From positions 2,080,001-2,144,000 of the forward strand of contig CAWHFW010000005.1 in NCBI GenBank assembly GCA_963828735.1: a DNA stretch of 64,000 nt, given 5' to 3'. Shown here piece after piece: positions 36,454-46,362 of this stretch (its first letter is position 1; each line of letters opens with the position of its first letter). This DNA comes from an uncultured Gemmatimonadales bacterium (GTDB lineage Bacteria > Gemmatimonadota > Gemmatimonadetes > Gemmatimonadales > GWC2-71-9). The position numbers and the translations under genes were made by a program. The notes under the pieces were generated by a model, which was given only the letters and a program-made list of their open reading frames with translations, was not told the DNA's origin and did not search any database.

Positions 36454-39225
36454 TCAGGGGGCGGGGCCGTCTGATCCGCGACCCGGCGCATGCAGCGCCG
36501 CCTCGGCCCGCGCCACCGCCAGGGCCGCCGCGCTGACTCGCGCAGTATCTGTCGGATTCACCAGCCGCCGGTCGCGAAGGTCCGTCCAGATCTCCGAGCT
36601 CCGACGGTACATGTCGAGCGCAGCCTGCTGGAAGCGCCGGGCATCGGCGCCCGACACGGAGGGGTGGGCGGTCAGCGAGTCGTAGGCCTGTCCCATGTCC
36701 ATGTATTGACCCGCGAGGTAGCCGCGGTAGCCGGCGTTGGATGGCTCGAGCTCCGTCGCGTTCATGAGCGCAGCCGCCCGAGAGCATTCGGCCTCCGCGG
36801 TCGCCGGTGCGGCCGCGGCGAGCGCGCGGCAGATCCGGGCCTGCGATTCCATCGTCTGCAATCGCCTGTACAGGTTGGTCGAGTCGCCCCGGAACATCTC
36901 GGCGCCGATCGCGAGCGCCTCGCGGTACCGGGAGAGAGCCTGCCGTGGCCGGCCGAGCCGCATCTCCATGTCACCCACGCGCACGAGGTTGTTCGCGATG
37001 CCGCCCCGAACGAGCGCGTTCTTGGGATCTCGCCGGATGTCGGCGCTGTCCGCCGCCAGGAGTTTCCGATAGATCGCCAGGGCCTCGGCAGGGCGGTCGA
37101 GTTGGGCAAGCACGTCCGCGATCCAGAAGTCGGCGGTCGCAACGAGGCTACGGTAGTCGATGTTGTCGGGGAATTCTGCCGCCAAGCCAGCCCGCAGGCT
37201 TCGGCTCCGCCGATAGCTGTCGAGCGCCCCCTCGAGGTCGCCGAGCTGCACCTGGGCATCCGCGAGATGGTGCAGCGCGACCGACATGGAGCGCCGAACG
37301 GCGGGTTGCTTGCGCTCCTCGGCGGGCGCGGCCTCGAGCCGCCGAAGATCGTCGCGATGGCGCCGAGCGGCGCCCGCCGCGTCCCCCGTCTCCAGCAGCA
37401 GCACGCCCAGCAGATCGCCGGCCTTCCGCAGGTCCAGGCGCAGGCCTGCGTCGACCGAGTCCCGGCCGAGTGGTTCCAGCAGGTCCCAGGCTCGCTGCGC
37501 CAGTGTGAGGCTGCCGGCGACGTCGCCGGTATCGAACAGCAGGGTGCCGAAATCGGACAGGATCGAGGCCAGCTCGCGGCGGGTGCGGACGTCGCTCGAG
37601 TCCCCGGTGAGGAGATCGTCGAGAATTCGAACCGCTTTCCGGTAGCTGTTGAGTGCGCCCTCGGTGTCGCCCAGGTTCGCCGTCAAGCTTCCGCCCTGCA
37701 CATCGCCGACCCGCCGGTACGCGCGGGCCAGGTCGCGCTGGAGCGCCGCATCACCGTGGGCCTCGTGCGCAAGGGTATCGAGATAGCCCAGGGCGTCCCG
37801 CACCAGTCGCTCGCGGACCGGCGTGGAGCCAGGCAGGTCCTTGATCGCGTCGTGATAGTCGAACAGCACGGCGTTGGCCAGCTTGCGGACGTCGTTGAAG
37901 CGTCGCTCTGCGCGGGCCTGTGCGGCGCGCGCCTCGCGCGCCTGCCACGCCGTCGCGATCGTCCCACCGACCAGCGACAGCCCCACGAGCGCCCCGGCCG
38001 CAACCATCCCACGATTTCGTCGCACGAATTTGCCGGCGCGGTACCGGAAGGTGTCGGAGCGGGCCCGTACCGGCAGGCCATCCAGATGCCGGCGAATGTC
38101 GGCCGAGAGCTGCTCGACCGATTGGTAACGGCGTGCCGGCTCCTTTCGGAGCGCGGTCAGCACGATCGTATCCAGATCGCCCCGCAGGCGCCGTCGGAGA
38201 CGGTCGGTACTGCCGAGCCCGGTCGCGGCCGCTCGGTCGTCGGCCAGACCGCTCCGACGACGGCCGGCGAGCGACGGCTCCGCCTCCGCGACCGCCGCGC
38301 TCGGGCGCACCGGGTCGGTCGTGCAGACCGCTTCGGCGATCTCGGCCGGCGACCGGCTCCGAGTCCGGTACGGCGACCGGCCCGTCAGCAGCTCGTAGAG
38401 CGCGACGCCCAGTGAATAGACGTCGCTCACCGTCGTCGCGTGGCGCCCCTCCACCTGCTCGGGGCTGGCGTACTCGGGCGTCAGCATCCGGAGTCCCGTG
38501 GCCGTCGCGGTCGCGTCGTCCTCGGCCTGCAGCACCTTGGCGATCCCGAAGTCGAGCAGCTTCGGCGCGCCATCGGCCGTGACCAGGATGTTCACCGGCT
38601 TGATGTCGCGGTGCACGATCAGATGCTGGTGCGCGTAGCTCACCGCCCCGCAGACCTGCTGGAACAGCCGGAGTCGCTCGGGGATCGAGAGGCGATGCGC
38701 ATCCGCGTACGCGTCGATCGGCTGGCCCTCGATGTACTCCATCGCGAAGTACGGCAGGCCGTCGTCGGTCGTGCCTCCGTCGAGGAGCCGGGCGATGTTG
38801 GGATGGTCGAGCGAGGCGAGGATCTGACGTTCGGCGCGGAATCGGGCCAGGACCTGGTCGGTGTCCATCCCCCGCTTGATGAGCTTGATGGCGACCTGTT
38901 GCGTGAACGCGTCGTCGGCCCGCTCGGCGAGATAGACGGTGCCCATCCCGCCGCGTCCGATCTCCCGGACGATGCGATAGACCCCGATCCGGCGGCCGGT
39001 CGGCACGACCTCCTCGGCCGGCCCCAGGGCAGCGGCGAGCGCGACTGCCGGCGCCTGGATGAAGTCGCCCGCCCGGTCGTGCGCGGCGAGCAGGCGCTCG
39101 ACGTCGGCCGCCAGCTCGGGATCATCGCCGGCTTCCCGCGCGAGCAGCGCGCGCCGGTCTTCCGGACCGAGCGCCACCGCCGCGTGGAACAGGGTCTCGA
39201 TCCGTTCCCACCGTCGCGCCGTCAC
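36454..39225 (-). CDS. Ser/Thr protein kinase with TM helix and TPR repeats
   Basis: IGRGGMGTVY, VAIK, HRDIKPVN, LLDFG, TPEYASPE, GDLDTIV; overlaps the ECF sigma stop. Confidence 0.93.
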   Translation of the reverse strand: MTARRWERIETLFHAAVALGPEDRRALLAREAGDDPELAADVERLLAAHDRAGDFIQAPAVALAAALGPAEEVVPTGRRIGVYRIVREIGRGGMGTVYLAERADDAFTQQVAIKLIKRGMDTDQVLARFRAERQILASLDHPNIARLLDGGTTDDGLPYFAMEYIEGQPIDAYADAHRLSIPERLRLFQQVCGAVSYAHQHLIVHRDIKPVNILVTADGAPKLLDFGIAKVLQAEDDATATATGLRMLTPEYASPEQVEGRHATTVSDVYSLGVALYELLTGRSPYRTRSRSPAEIAEAVCTTDPVRPSAAVAEAEPSLAGRRRSGLADDRAAATGLGSTDRLRRRLRGDLDTIVLTALRKEPARRYQSVEQLSADIRRHLDGLPVRARSDTFRYRAGKFVRRNRGMVAAGALVGLSLVGGTIATAWQAREARAAQARAERRFNDVRKLANAVLFDYHDAIKDLPGSTPVRERLVRDALGYLDTLAHEAHGDAALQRDLARAYRRVGDVQGGSLTANLGDTEGALNSYRKAVRILDDLLTGDSSDVRTRRELASILSDFGTLLFDTGDVAGSLTLAQRAWDLLEPLGRDSVDAGLRLDLRKAGDLLGVLLLETGDAAGAARRHRDDLRRLEAAPAEERKQPAVRRSMSVALHHLADAQVQLGDLEGALDSYRRSRSLRAGLAAEFPDNIDYRSLVATADFWIADVLAQLDRPAEALAIYRKLLAADSADIRRDPKNALVRGGIANNLVRVGDMEMRLGRPRQALSRYREALAIGAEMFRGDSTNLYRRLQTMESQARICRALAAAAPATAEAECSRAAALMNATELEPSNAGYRGYLAGQYMDMGQAYDSLTAHPSVSGADARRFQQAALDMYRRSSEIWTDLRDRRLVNPTDTARVSAAALAVARAEAALHAPGRGSDGPAP

Positions 39226-39812
39226 GAATCGTCCGCGGTGCCTTCGATCGCGTCGTACAGCCAGGCCCGGGCGAACGCCCACTCCCGCTCGACCGTGGCC
39301 CCGGATACCTGCAGCACCTCGGCGATCTCCTCGGTCGTGAGCCCGCCGAAGAACTTGAGCTCCACCACGCGGCCCTTGCGCTGGTCGAGCTCCGTGAGAC
39401 CCTGCAGCGCGTCCTCCAGCGCGATCAGCTCGACGTCGGGCCGACCCGAGGGCGACTCGATCAGGCTCAGCGTCACCTGCTCGCGACGGCCGCCGCGCTT
39501 CTGAGCGCCCCGGTCCCGGGCGTGGTTGACGAGGATCCGGCGCATCATGCTGGCGGCGACGCCGAGGAACTGCGCGCGGTTCCGCCAATCCACCCGCCGC
39601 TGATCGACCAGCCGGAGGTAGGCCTCGTGCACCAGAGCGGTCGGCTGGAGCGTGTGGCCGGTGCCCTCACGGCTCAGGTAGTGGGCGGCGAGCCGGTGCA
39701 GCTCCTCGTAGACCACGGGGAGCATCTGATCGAGTCCCTGTTTGTCGTTCCGCCCCCAGTCGAGAAGCCATTGGGTGACGGCGCCCGAAGGGGTGGCAGG
39801 ATCGTCGGTCAT
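39222..39812 (-). CDS. ECF sigma factor, TIGR02999 type
   Basis: VYEELHRLA, HTLQPTALVHEAYLRL, MRRILVNHAR..KRGG, TVEREWAFARAWL. Confidence 0.93.
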   Translation of the reverse strand: MTDDPATPSGAVTQWLLDWGRNDKQGLDQMLPVVYEELHRLAAHYLSREGTGHTLQPTALVHEAYLRLVDQRRVDWRNRAQFLGVAASMMRRILVNHARDRGAQKRGGRREQVTLSLIESPSGRPDVELIALEDALQGLTELDQRKGRVVELKFFGGLTTEEIAEVLQVSGATVEREWAFARAWLYDAIEGTADDS

Positions 39813-40079
39813 ACCGGGACGGTCGAGGGTAGCCGGATGGCTGGGGTGGCTGAGGGATTGTACGCCTGAATCGGGCGTTCCTCAATGGCGCCGGCGGGCC
39901 GACCGGTCTCCCCAGCACCCAGGCAGTGACGCGGACCGCGGAGCATGAGGGAGCATTGCCGCTACCCGGGCGTTTCCTGATGGCGCGGGTCCTCCATCCT
40001 CCGCGCCGGCATCCGAGGCACTCGCCCGAGCAGGCGAGGGACGCGGTGGCCAAGTCGTGACCCGGACAGGAGGGCACCC

Positions 40080-40859
40080 ATGTTCAAGAGCGCCATGACC
40101 GCACTCGGCGTGCTCGCCGCCGTCACGGCACACCGCGCATCTCCCCCGCCTCTGGGAGAGGCCGCCTTCGATGCCGACGACGTGCTCGCGCGGACCTACG
40201 CCGCCTACGCCGCGCTCAACTCCTACGCCGACAGCGGCACGGTGGTGGACGAGAGCAAGGGCTTCCGTGATCGGTTCACCTTCCGGACGCTCCAGACGCG
40301 GCAACCGAGGAACTTCCTGCTCGACTTCCGTTATGCGGGCAGCGACTACGACAACGGCTTCAAGCTCGAAGGCAGTGAGCGGACCGTCTTATGGATGCAG
40401 AACGGCGAGCTCCAGACCTGGAGCAGCAAGACCCAGGAGCACGAGACCTACCCCGAGGACGGGGGACGTCAGGTGGACGCCCTCACTGGGGCCTCCAGCG
40501 GGACGCGGGGGATCTCGGTGCTCGTCCCGTCCCTGATCTACACCAAGGCCAACATGGCGAGCGTGGTGCGTGCCGCCGAAGACGCGGTCGCGGCCGGTAC
40601 CGAGACGATCGGGGGCCGATCGTGCCTCAAGGTCATCGGTGTCGAGCGGTGGCGCTATCCGAACGGCAGGGTCACCGGCGTGCGGCCGATCACGCTCTGG
40701 ATCGACGCGGAGACCTACCTGATCCGGAAGATTCTGGAGGACACGCCGAAGGACTCGCCGCGCGGGGTGATCAGCCGTCGCGTCGTCACGCTCGAGCCCC
40801 ACGCGAATCCTCCGCTCGAGACGAGCCGCTTCACCTTCGTGGTGCCCGAGGAGTCGTAG
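40080..40859 (+). CDS. Secreted hypothetical protein, LolA-like fold possible
   Basis: Signal peptide, YAALNSYAD, ETIGGRSC, TLWIDAETYLIRK, FTFVVP; GGAGG RBS. Confidence 0.68.
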   Translation: MFKSAMTALGVLAAVTAHRASPPPLGEAAFDADDVLARTYAAYAALNSYADSGTVVDESKGFRDRFTFRTLQTRQPRNFLLDFRYAGSDYDNGFKLEGSERTVLWMQNGELQTWSSKTQEHETYPEDGGRQVDALTGASSGTRGISVLVPSLIYTKANMASVVRAAEDAVAAGTETIGGRSCLKVIGVERWRYPNGRVTGVRPITLWIDAETYLIRKILEDTPKDSPRGVISRRVVTLEPHANPPLETSRFTFVVPEES

Positions 40860-40912
40860 GTCATCGTGCCCGCCTTCCTGGCATCCCGCGTGGCGCACGC
40901 CCGGTCGAGCTC

Positions 40913-42037
40913 GTGAGCCCTTCATCGCGACGCCGATGCGGGCTGATGCTGCTCGGTGTGGTCTGGTCCGAGGCGGCGAGTGCTCTCCAGTCGCCGGCGG
41001 CGATCCCGTTGTGCCCCGGACTCGCGATCGTGACGGCGATCGTCCGTCCGGACGGCGACTACGAATCGATCAAGACGATCACCGCCGCCGGCGCGACCGA
41101 GGTCGACATCGCGTATTCCGCCCAGGTGCCCAAGAGTCCGGGCGTGATGCGGAACTACCGGATGCGGCGCGCCGTGCTCCGTAGCGATCTCGCCGAGGCC
41201 TCCCTCTACGTTCACTACTTCCATACCAGGGGTGCGGAGCGGATCCCGGGCAGCACGGCGCTGGGTACCTCGCGCGCGGTGCTGCAGGCGCTCAAGACCA
41301 CGGGGACCGCCGAGCTCCGGGTCGTCGCGCCGGGCAACAGCGCCCTTCCTGCCGATACGGGCGCTCACCCCAACATCTACGACTACGAGGAGACCTACCG
41401 GCTCACTCGGGTGGGGAGCGGTCCGGTTCCGGTGACGGTCACGGTCAACGACAGCGCCGTCGCGCTGCCGACCATCCACGCCCGCGGCGACTACATGGGC
41501 GACAAGGCGGAGTTCTTCTTCCTCGACGACGAGGACAATCCGCTCTCGCTCAAGTACAGCTTCAATGCCGGCGGCGAGCCAGCTGATGGCGGGAACGAGC
41601 TTCAGGTCGTGAAGATCGCCTATCGCTGCACCGCACCGGCGCAGCCCGCCCCGCAGGATCGCGTCAGCCGGCTGGAGCGAGCCCTGCGCGAACAGCGCCG
41701 TGCGGTGGTGTATGACCTCTACTTCGATTTCAACAGCGCCGCCATCCGGCAGGAATCCGACTCCACGCTCCGCGACATCGCCGAGGTGATGCGTCGCCAT
41801 CCGGACTGGAAGCTGTCGATCGAGGGTCATACCGACGCGGTCGCCAGTGATCGCTACAACCTCGAGCTCTCGGGGCGGCGGGCCGCGGCCGTGAAGGAGG
41901 CGCTGGTCGGCAGCTTCGGCATCGCTGCCTCCCACCTCACCACCGCGGGCTACGGCGAGTCCCGGCCCCGGGATCGGAACGACACGGTGGAAGGGCGGGC
42001 CCGGAACCGTCGCGTGGAGCTCGTTCGCCTGCCCTGA
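40913..42037 (+). CDS. OmpA-family protein, paralog of 31267-32442
   Basis: LYFDFNSA, IEGHTD..NLELSGRRAAAV, GYGESRP, GRARNRRVEL; start uncertain. Confidence 0.85.
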   Translation: MSPSSRRRCGLMLLGVVWSEAASALQSPAAIPLCPGLAIVTAIVRPDGDYESIKTITAAGATEVDIAYSAQVPKSPGVMRNYRMRRAVLRSDLAEASLYVHYFHTRGAERIPGSTALGTSRAVLQALKTTGTAELRVVAPGNSALPADTGAHPNIYDYEETYRLTRVGSGPVPVTVTVNDSAVALPTIHARGDYMGDKAEFFFLDDEDNPLSLKYSFNAGGEPADGGNELQVVKIAYRCTAPAQPAPQDRVSRLERALREQRRAVVYDLYFDFNSAAIRQESDSTLRDIAEVMRRHPDWKLSIEGHTDAVASDRYNLELSGRRAAAVKEALVGSFGIAASHLTTAGYGESRPRDRNDTVEGRARNRRVELVRLP

Positions 42038-42043
42038 ATGGGC

Positions 42044-43276
42044 TCACAAATAGGAAACCCACCACGCCCGGCTCTGCGCCTTGAACGCCGCATATCGCCG
42101 GCACATTGGGTACAGCGCCGCCACCACGCAGAGCCACACGACGTAGACTACCGGCAGTCCGAAGCCGTATCCCTCCGGCAGGAACCGGTAGAGCGTACGG
42201 ATGGCCGAGTCCGGAAATCCCTGGGCGACGCCGGCGACGATGGCGAGCGCGTGCACCAGGTAGAGGTGCGTCACATAGAAGAGGAACGGCACCCGGCCGA
42301 AGGTGACGAGGATGTCCGCCACCGGACCTTTGGCCCGGCGCAGGACGGTGAGGGCAACGAGCGCCGGCCCCAGCGTCATCAGCAGGTAGAGCAGCGACGG
42401 CGGATACTTGGTCGTGTTCAGGAACGACATGGCCAAGCGCGCCGGAGTTTCGTCTTCGAGTCGTGGGTTGGGGTCGCCGTAGCCGTTGAGCGTCCGGAGC
42501 ACCACGAACGCAAGGATCATCAGCACACCCGCCCACGCGATCCGGCGTGGCGCGCCGGCATCGCGCGAGAACACCGTGGGCCCGGCGGCATAGCCGAGCG
42601 CCATCACCCCGGCCCACGGGACCAGGGGGTAGGTAACGAACGCCGGCACGATGCCGAGCGGACCCGGCACGTGCAGGAGATGCCAGAGCGGAGCGAAGGC
42701 GCCGAGCGCCTCGGGCGCGACACCGTCCAGGAGGTTGTGCCCCGCCACCAGCACGAGGCCCACGGCCGCAACCGCCGCGCGGGGCAGGTGAATCAGCGCG
42801 GCCAGCAGCACCATCGATGCGCCGATCGCCCAGATGACTTGCAGGCGGGCGCCCATGGTCCACCGGGTAGTGAAATACCACCCGAAGCTGATCACCGTCA
42901 CCTCCAGCAGGATCAGCCACAGCCCGCGGCTCAGGAGGAACCCGGAGAGCTGGCCGCGGGTGCGGCGGCTGCCGGCCATCCATGCGCTGGCGCCGGCGAG
43001 AAACACGAAGGCCGGCGCGCAGAAGTGGGTGATCCAGCGGGTGCCGAACAGCGCCAGGTCCGTGCGGGTCATGTCGGTGGGGTCGAACCGGACCGAGGTG
43101 AAGTAGTCCCGGACGTGATCGAGCACCATGATGACCATGACGAGGCCACGGAGCAGGTCCACGTGGTCGGCGCGCCGACGCCCGACCTGGGCCCCCGGCT
43201 CGGTCGCGGTCGTGGGGCGTCCCTGCGGGATCCGGTATTCTCCCGATGCGGGCTCGGGTCCAAGCACCGTACTCAT
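42044..43276 (-). CDS. DUF1624 (HGSNAT-like) membrane protein
   Basis: VDLLRGLVMVIMVLDH, RWITHFCAP, KYPPSLLY, GRVPFLFY. Confidence 0.88.
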   Translation of the reverse strand: MSTVLGPEPASGEYRIPQGRPTTATEPGAQVGRRRADHVDLLRGLVMVIMVLDHVRDYFTSVRFDPTDMTRTDLALFGTRWITHFCAPAFVFLAGASAWMAGSRRTRGQLSGFLLSRGLWLILLEVTVISFGWYFTTRWTMGARLQVIWAIGASMVLLAALIHLPRAAVAAVGLVLVAGHNLLDGVAPEALGAFAPLWHLLHVPGPLGIVPAFVTYPLVPWAGVMALGYAAGPTVFSRDAGAPRRIAWAGVLMILAFVVLRTLNGYGDPNPRLEDETPARLAMSFLNTTKYPPSLLYLLMTLGPALVALTVLRRAKGPVADILVTFGRVPFLFYVTHLYLVHALAIVAGVAQGFPDSAIRTLYRFLPEGYGFGLPVVYVVWLCVVAALYPMCRRYAAFKAQSRAWWVSYL

Positions 43277-43526
43277 GAAGCTCCTCTCGGCCTGTGGGTC
43301 GCTGGTGTTTGGTCACCGGTGCCAGTCTCGGATCCGTGGCGGGCACGAACCTAGGGAAACCGCGGAAGGCGCGCCCCTGCCAAGAGTCAGGGTCGCGCCC
43401 GTCCCCAAGTGAGTGGCGGGGCGGCGTGGACCGTTGGTCACTCGGGGCCGAGGTGACTCACTCGCATCCATCGCTCCGCACCGGCTCTGGCACCCCCCTC
43501 CATTCCCGAGCATCTTTCCCTGCGCC

Positions 43527-45776
43527 ATGGACTCCCTGCGACAGCAGCTCGAAGCCGGACTCGTCGGTCGCTACCAGCTCGAGCGAGAACTCGGCCAGGG
43601 TGGCATGGCCGTCGTGTTTCTGGCCCAGGACCTCCGCCACGACCGCAAGGTCGCCCTCAAGGTCCTCCGTCCCGACCTCTCGGCGGCGATCGGGGCCGAC
43701 CGGTTCCTCCGGGAGATCAAGCTCGCCGCCGGTCTCACCCACCCGCACATCCTCCCGGTCTACGATTCCGGCCGCGCCGGCGACCTGCTCTTCTATGTCA
43801 TGCCCAACATGGAGGGCCGTTCGCTCAGGGAGCGGCTCCAGCGGGAGCGGCAGCTTCCGCTGCCCGATGCCCTGACCATCACCCGCGAGGTCGCCTCGGC
43901 GCTCGACTACGCCCATCGACACCAGGTGGTCCACCGCGACATCAAGCCCGAGAACATCCTGCTCCACGAGGGCTCGGCGATGGTGGCGGACTTCGGCATC
44001 GGGAAGGCCCTGAGCGCGGACGGGTCGCTCACGCAGACCGGGATGGTCGTGGGCACCCCGACCTACATGAGCCCGGAGCAGGCATCGGGGGACTCCGGCG
44101 TGGACGGCCGCACCGATCTCTACAGCCTCGCGTGCGTGCTGTTCGAGATGCTGACCGGCGAGCCGCCGTTCACGGGCGCGTCGGCGCAGGCGGTGATCGC
44201 CAAGCGCTTCGTGTCTCCCATTCCCAAGGTCCGGGTCACCCGCGACGTGCCGGAGGCGGTTGACGACGCGCTGACCCGCGCACTGTCAAGGACCCCGGTG
44301 GACCGATTCTCCACCGCGGGGCAATTCATCGAGGCGCTCCGCCAGGTGAACGGGATAGGCTCGTCCTCGCACGCGACCGTGGCGGCGGGCCGAGCTCCCG
44401 CAGCTGCGCCCAAGGCCATCGCGGTCCTCCCGCTGGCCAACATGAGCGCCGACCCCGAGAACGAGTACTTCAGCGATGGCATGACCGAAGAGATCATCAA
44501 CGCCCTCGCCAAGGTGCCCGGCATCCAGGTGGCGTCGCGCACGTCCTCCTTTGCCTTCAAGGGCAAGGAGGTGGACATCCGCCAGATCGGCGAGAAGCTG
44601 GGCGTGAGCGTGGTCCTGGAGGGAAGCGTGCGCAAGGTCGGCAACCGGGTCCGGATCACGGCGCAGCTCATCAACGTGGCCGATGGCTACCATCTCTGGT
44701 CCGAGACATACAACCGCCAGCTGGAGGACGTCTTCGCGATCCAGGACGAGATCTCCCACGCGATCGTGGACGCGCTGAAGCTCCGGCTGAGCAGCGATGG
44801 CGACACGCTGGTGGCGCCGGCCAAGAACATCGAGGCGTACACCCTCTACCTGAAGGGCCGTTTCATCTTCAACAAGGACACCGAGCCTTCGACCCGAAAG
44901 GCCCTCGACTTCTTCCAGCAGTCACTGCTCCAGGATCCCGGCTACGCCCGGTCGTACGCCGGCATCGCCGATTGCTGGACCCAGCTCGCCGACGATTTCG
45001 TCGTGCCGGACGACGCCTATCCTCGGGCCAAGGCGGCGGCCACGCGGGCACTGCAGCACGACCCCGACCTCGTCGAGGCCATCACGTCCGTGGGCAAGGT
45101 GCTGTGCTGGTACGAGTGGGACTTCACCGGGGCGGAGCGGCAGCTCCGCAGGGCGGTGGCGCTGAACGAGAACCACGCGGAAGCACACTGGGCATTCGGC
45201 AGCGTCCTCCCGACCGTGGGGCGGCTGGCCGAGGCGGTCGAGGAGATGCAAAAGGCGCTCATCCTGGATCCACTGGCCGCGGTGTACAGTCGGTGGCTCG
45301 GACGGTTCCTGCTGTTCGGCGGCGACCAGGCCGGTGCGATCGCCCAGGCACGGAAGACGATCGAACTGAATGCCGACTACACCTACTCCTACCTCGACAT
45401 CGGCTCGGCCTATCTCGACCTCGGCGACGCCGAAACCGCCCTGCAGTGGTTCCAGCGGGGCCAGGCACAGGACACCAGCGTGCGGTCCTACGACGCCCTG
45501 ATCGTGCGGGCGCTCGAGCCTCTGGGCCGTCGCGAGGAGGCCGACGAGATTCTTCATCGGCTGGACGAGGGGTCGCGGCAGCAGTATGTGCGGTCCGAAA
45601 TCATGGCGATGGGCTACGCGGCGGTGGGTGATCTCGATCGCGCCTTCGCCTGCCTCGAGCGCGCCTTCCAGGTCCGCTCGGCCGGGCTCATCTATCTGCA
45701 CGTGGATCCCGGATACAAGCCGCTCAGGGCCGATCCGCGATTCGCTCAGCTGGTGGGGCGGATCGGGCTGCGGTAG
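43527..45776 (+). CDS. Ser/Thr protein kinase with TolB_N-like and TPR domains
   Basis: LGQGGMA, HRDIKPEN, ADFG, GTPTYMSPE; IAVLPLANMS..EYFSDGMTEE; TPR C-terminus. Confidence 0.93.
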   Translation: MDSLRQQLEAGLVGRYQLERELGQGGMAVVFLAQDLRHDRKVALKVLRPDLSAAIGADRFLREIKLAAGLTHPHILPVYDSGRAGDLLFYVMPNMEGRSLRERLQRERQLPLPDALTITREVASALDYAHRHQVVHRDIKPENILLHEGSAMVADFGIGKALSADGSLTQTGMVVGTPTYMSPEQASGDSGVDGRTDLYSLACVLFEMLTGEPPFTGASAQAVIAKRFVSPIPKVRVTRDVPEAVDDALTRALSRTPVDRFSTAGQFIEALRQVNGIGSSSHATVAAGRAPAAAPKAIAVLPLANMSADPENEYFSDGMTEEIINALAKVPGIQVASRTSSFAFKGKEVDIRQIGEKLGVSVVLEGSVRKVGNRVRITAQLINVADGYHLWSETYNRQLEDVFAIQDEISHAIVDALKLRLSSDGDTLVAPAKNIEAYTLYLKGRFIFNKDTEPSTRKALDFFQQSLLQDPGYARSYAGIADCWTQLADDFVVPDDAYPRAKAAATRALQHDPDLVEAITSVGKVLCWYEWDFTGAERQLRRAVALNENHAEAHWAFGSVLPTVGRLAEAVEEMQKALILDPLAAVYSRWLGRFLLFGGDQAGAIAQARKTIELNADYTYSYLDIGSAYLDLGDAETALQWFQRGQAQDTSVRSYDALIVRALEPLGRREEADEILHRLDEGSRQQYVRSEIMAMGYAAVGDLDRAFACLERAFQVRSAGLIYLHVDPGYKPLRADPRFAQLVGRIGLR

Positions 45777-46038
45777 GTCGCGGCATCCCCCCAGTCCACG
45801 ATACCGATCTCCTGGCGTATCGGCTCTTCCCGCCCGACAGCCGCACGCTTCGCATGCGCATGTCCTGCGCAGTCCCCTCGACCAGCCCCTAGGGGTCGAA
45901 TTGGGGCGGTCGCGGCGCCGCACACGGCGTCGCGGCATCGCGTGCTCACCTTGCGGTATATATCCCGATTGCATATTTACAGTCAGGCGTTATGAGCCTC
46001 GACAGGCGATCTCGCACCCCCGCACCCCAATCCCACGC

Positions 46039-46362
46039 ATGAGCAACCTCGAGTACCACGTCCTCCTCGCCCTGGTCAGCGGCCCCCTCCATGGCTACGC
46101 CGTCAAGCAGCGCGTCGAGGACGAGTCCGGCGGCAGCCTGACGCCGCTGCCGGGCTCGCTCTATCGGGTCATCGCCCGGCTCATGATCTCGGGCCTCGTC
46201 GCCGAGACGGAGCCGAAGCGCCCGGTGCCTCCGCATCCGGGACTCACGAGGCGCTACTACGCCCTCACCACGACCGGCCGCGGGGCGCTGGCGGCCGAGG
46301 CGCGGCGGCTCAAGGGCGCGGCCGTGCTGGCGGAGAAGCGCCTCCGGACGGCCCGGCCGTGA
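46039..46362 (+). CDS. PadR family transcriptional regulator
   Basis: LHGYAV, PGSLYRVIARL, RRYYALT. Confidence 0.88.
   Translation: MSNLEYHVLLALVSGPLHGYAVKQRVEDESGGSLTPLPGSLYRVIARLMISGLVAETEPKRPVPPHPGLTRRYYALTTTGRGALAAEARRLKGAAVLAEKRLRTARP

Noticed and set aside
36490..38415. Long antisense ORFs (also 4984-5799, 12846-14336, 47358-49349, 49247-51613, 55691-57724)
   Set aside because: Shadow ORFs of high-GC genes, Arg/Pro/Gly-rich and without motifs
31267..42037. Calling the OmpA/kinase cluster a type VI secretion system
   Set aside because: No tssB/C, hcp, vgrG, clpV or tssM genes are in the window
45950..45980. AT-rich patch upstream of padR as a defined operator
   Set aside because: Probably the promoter, but the symmetry is too weak to define a site
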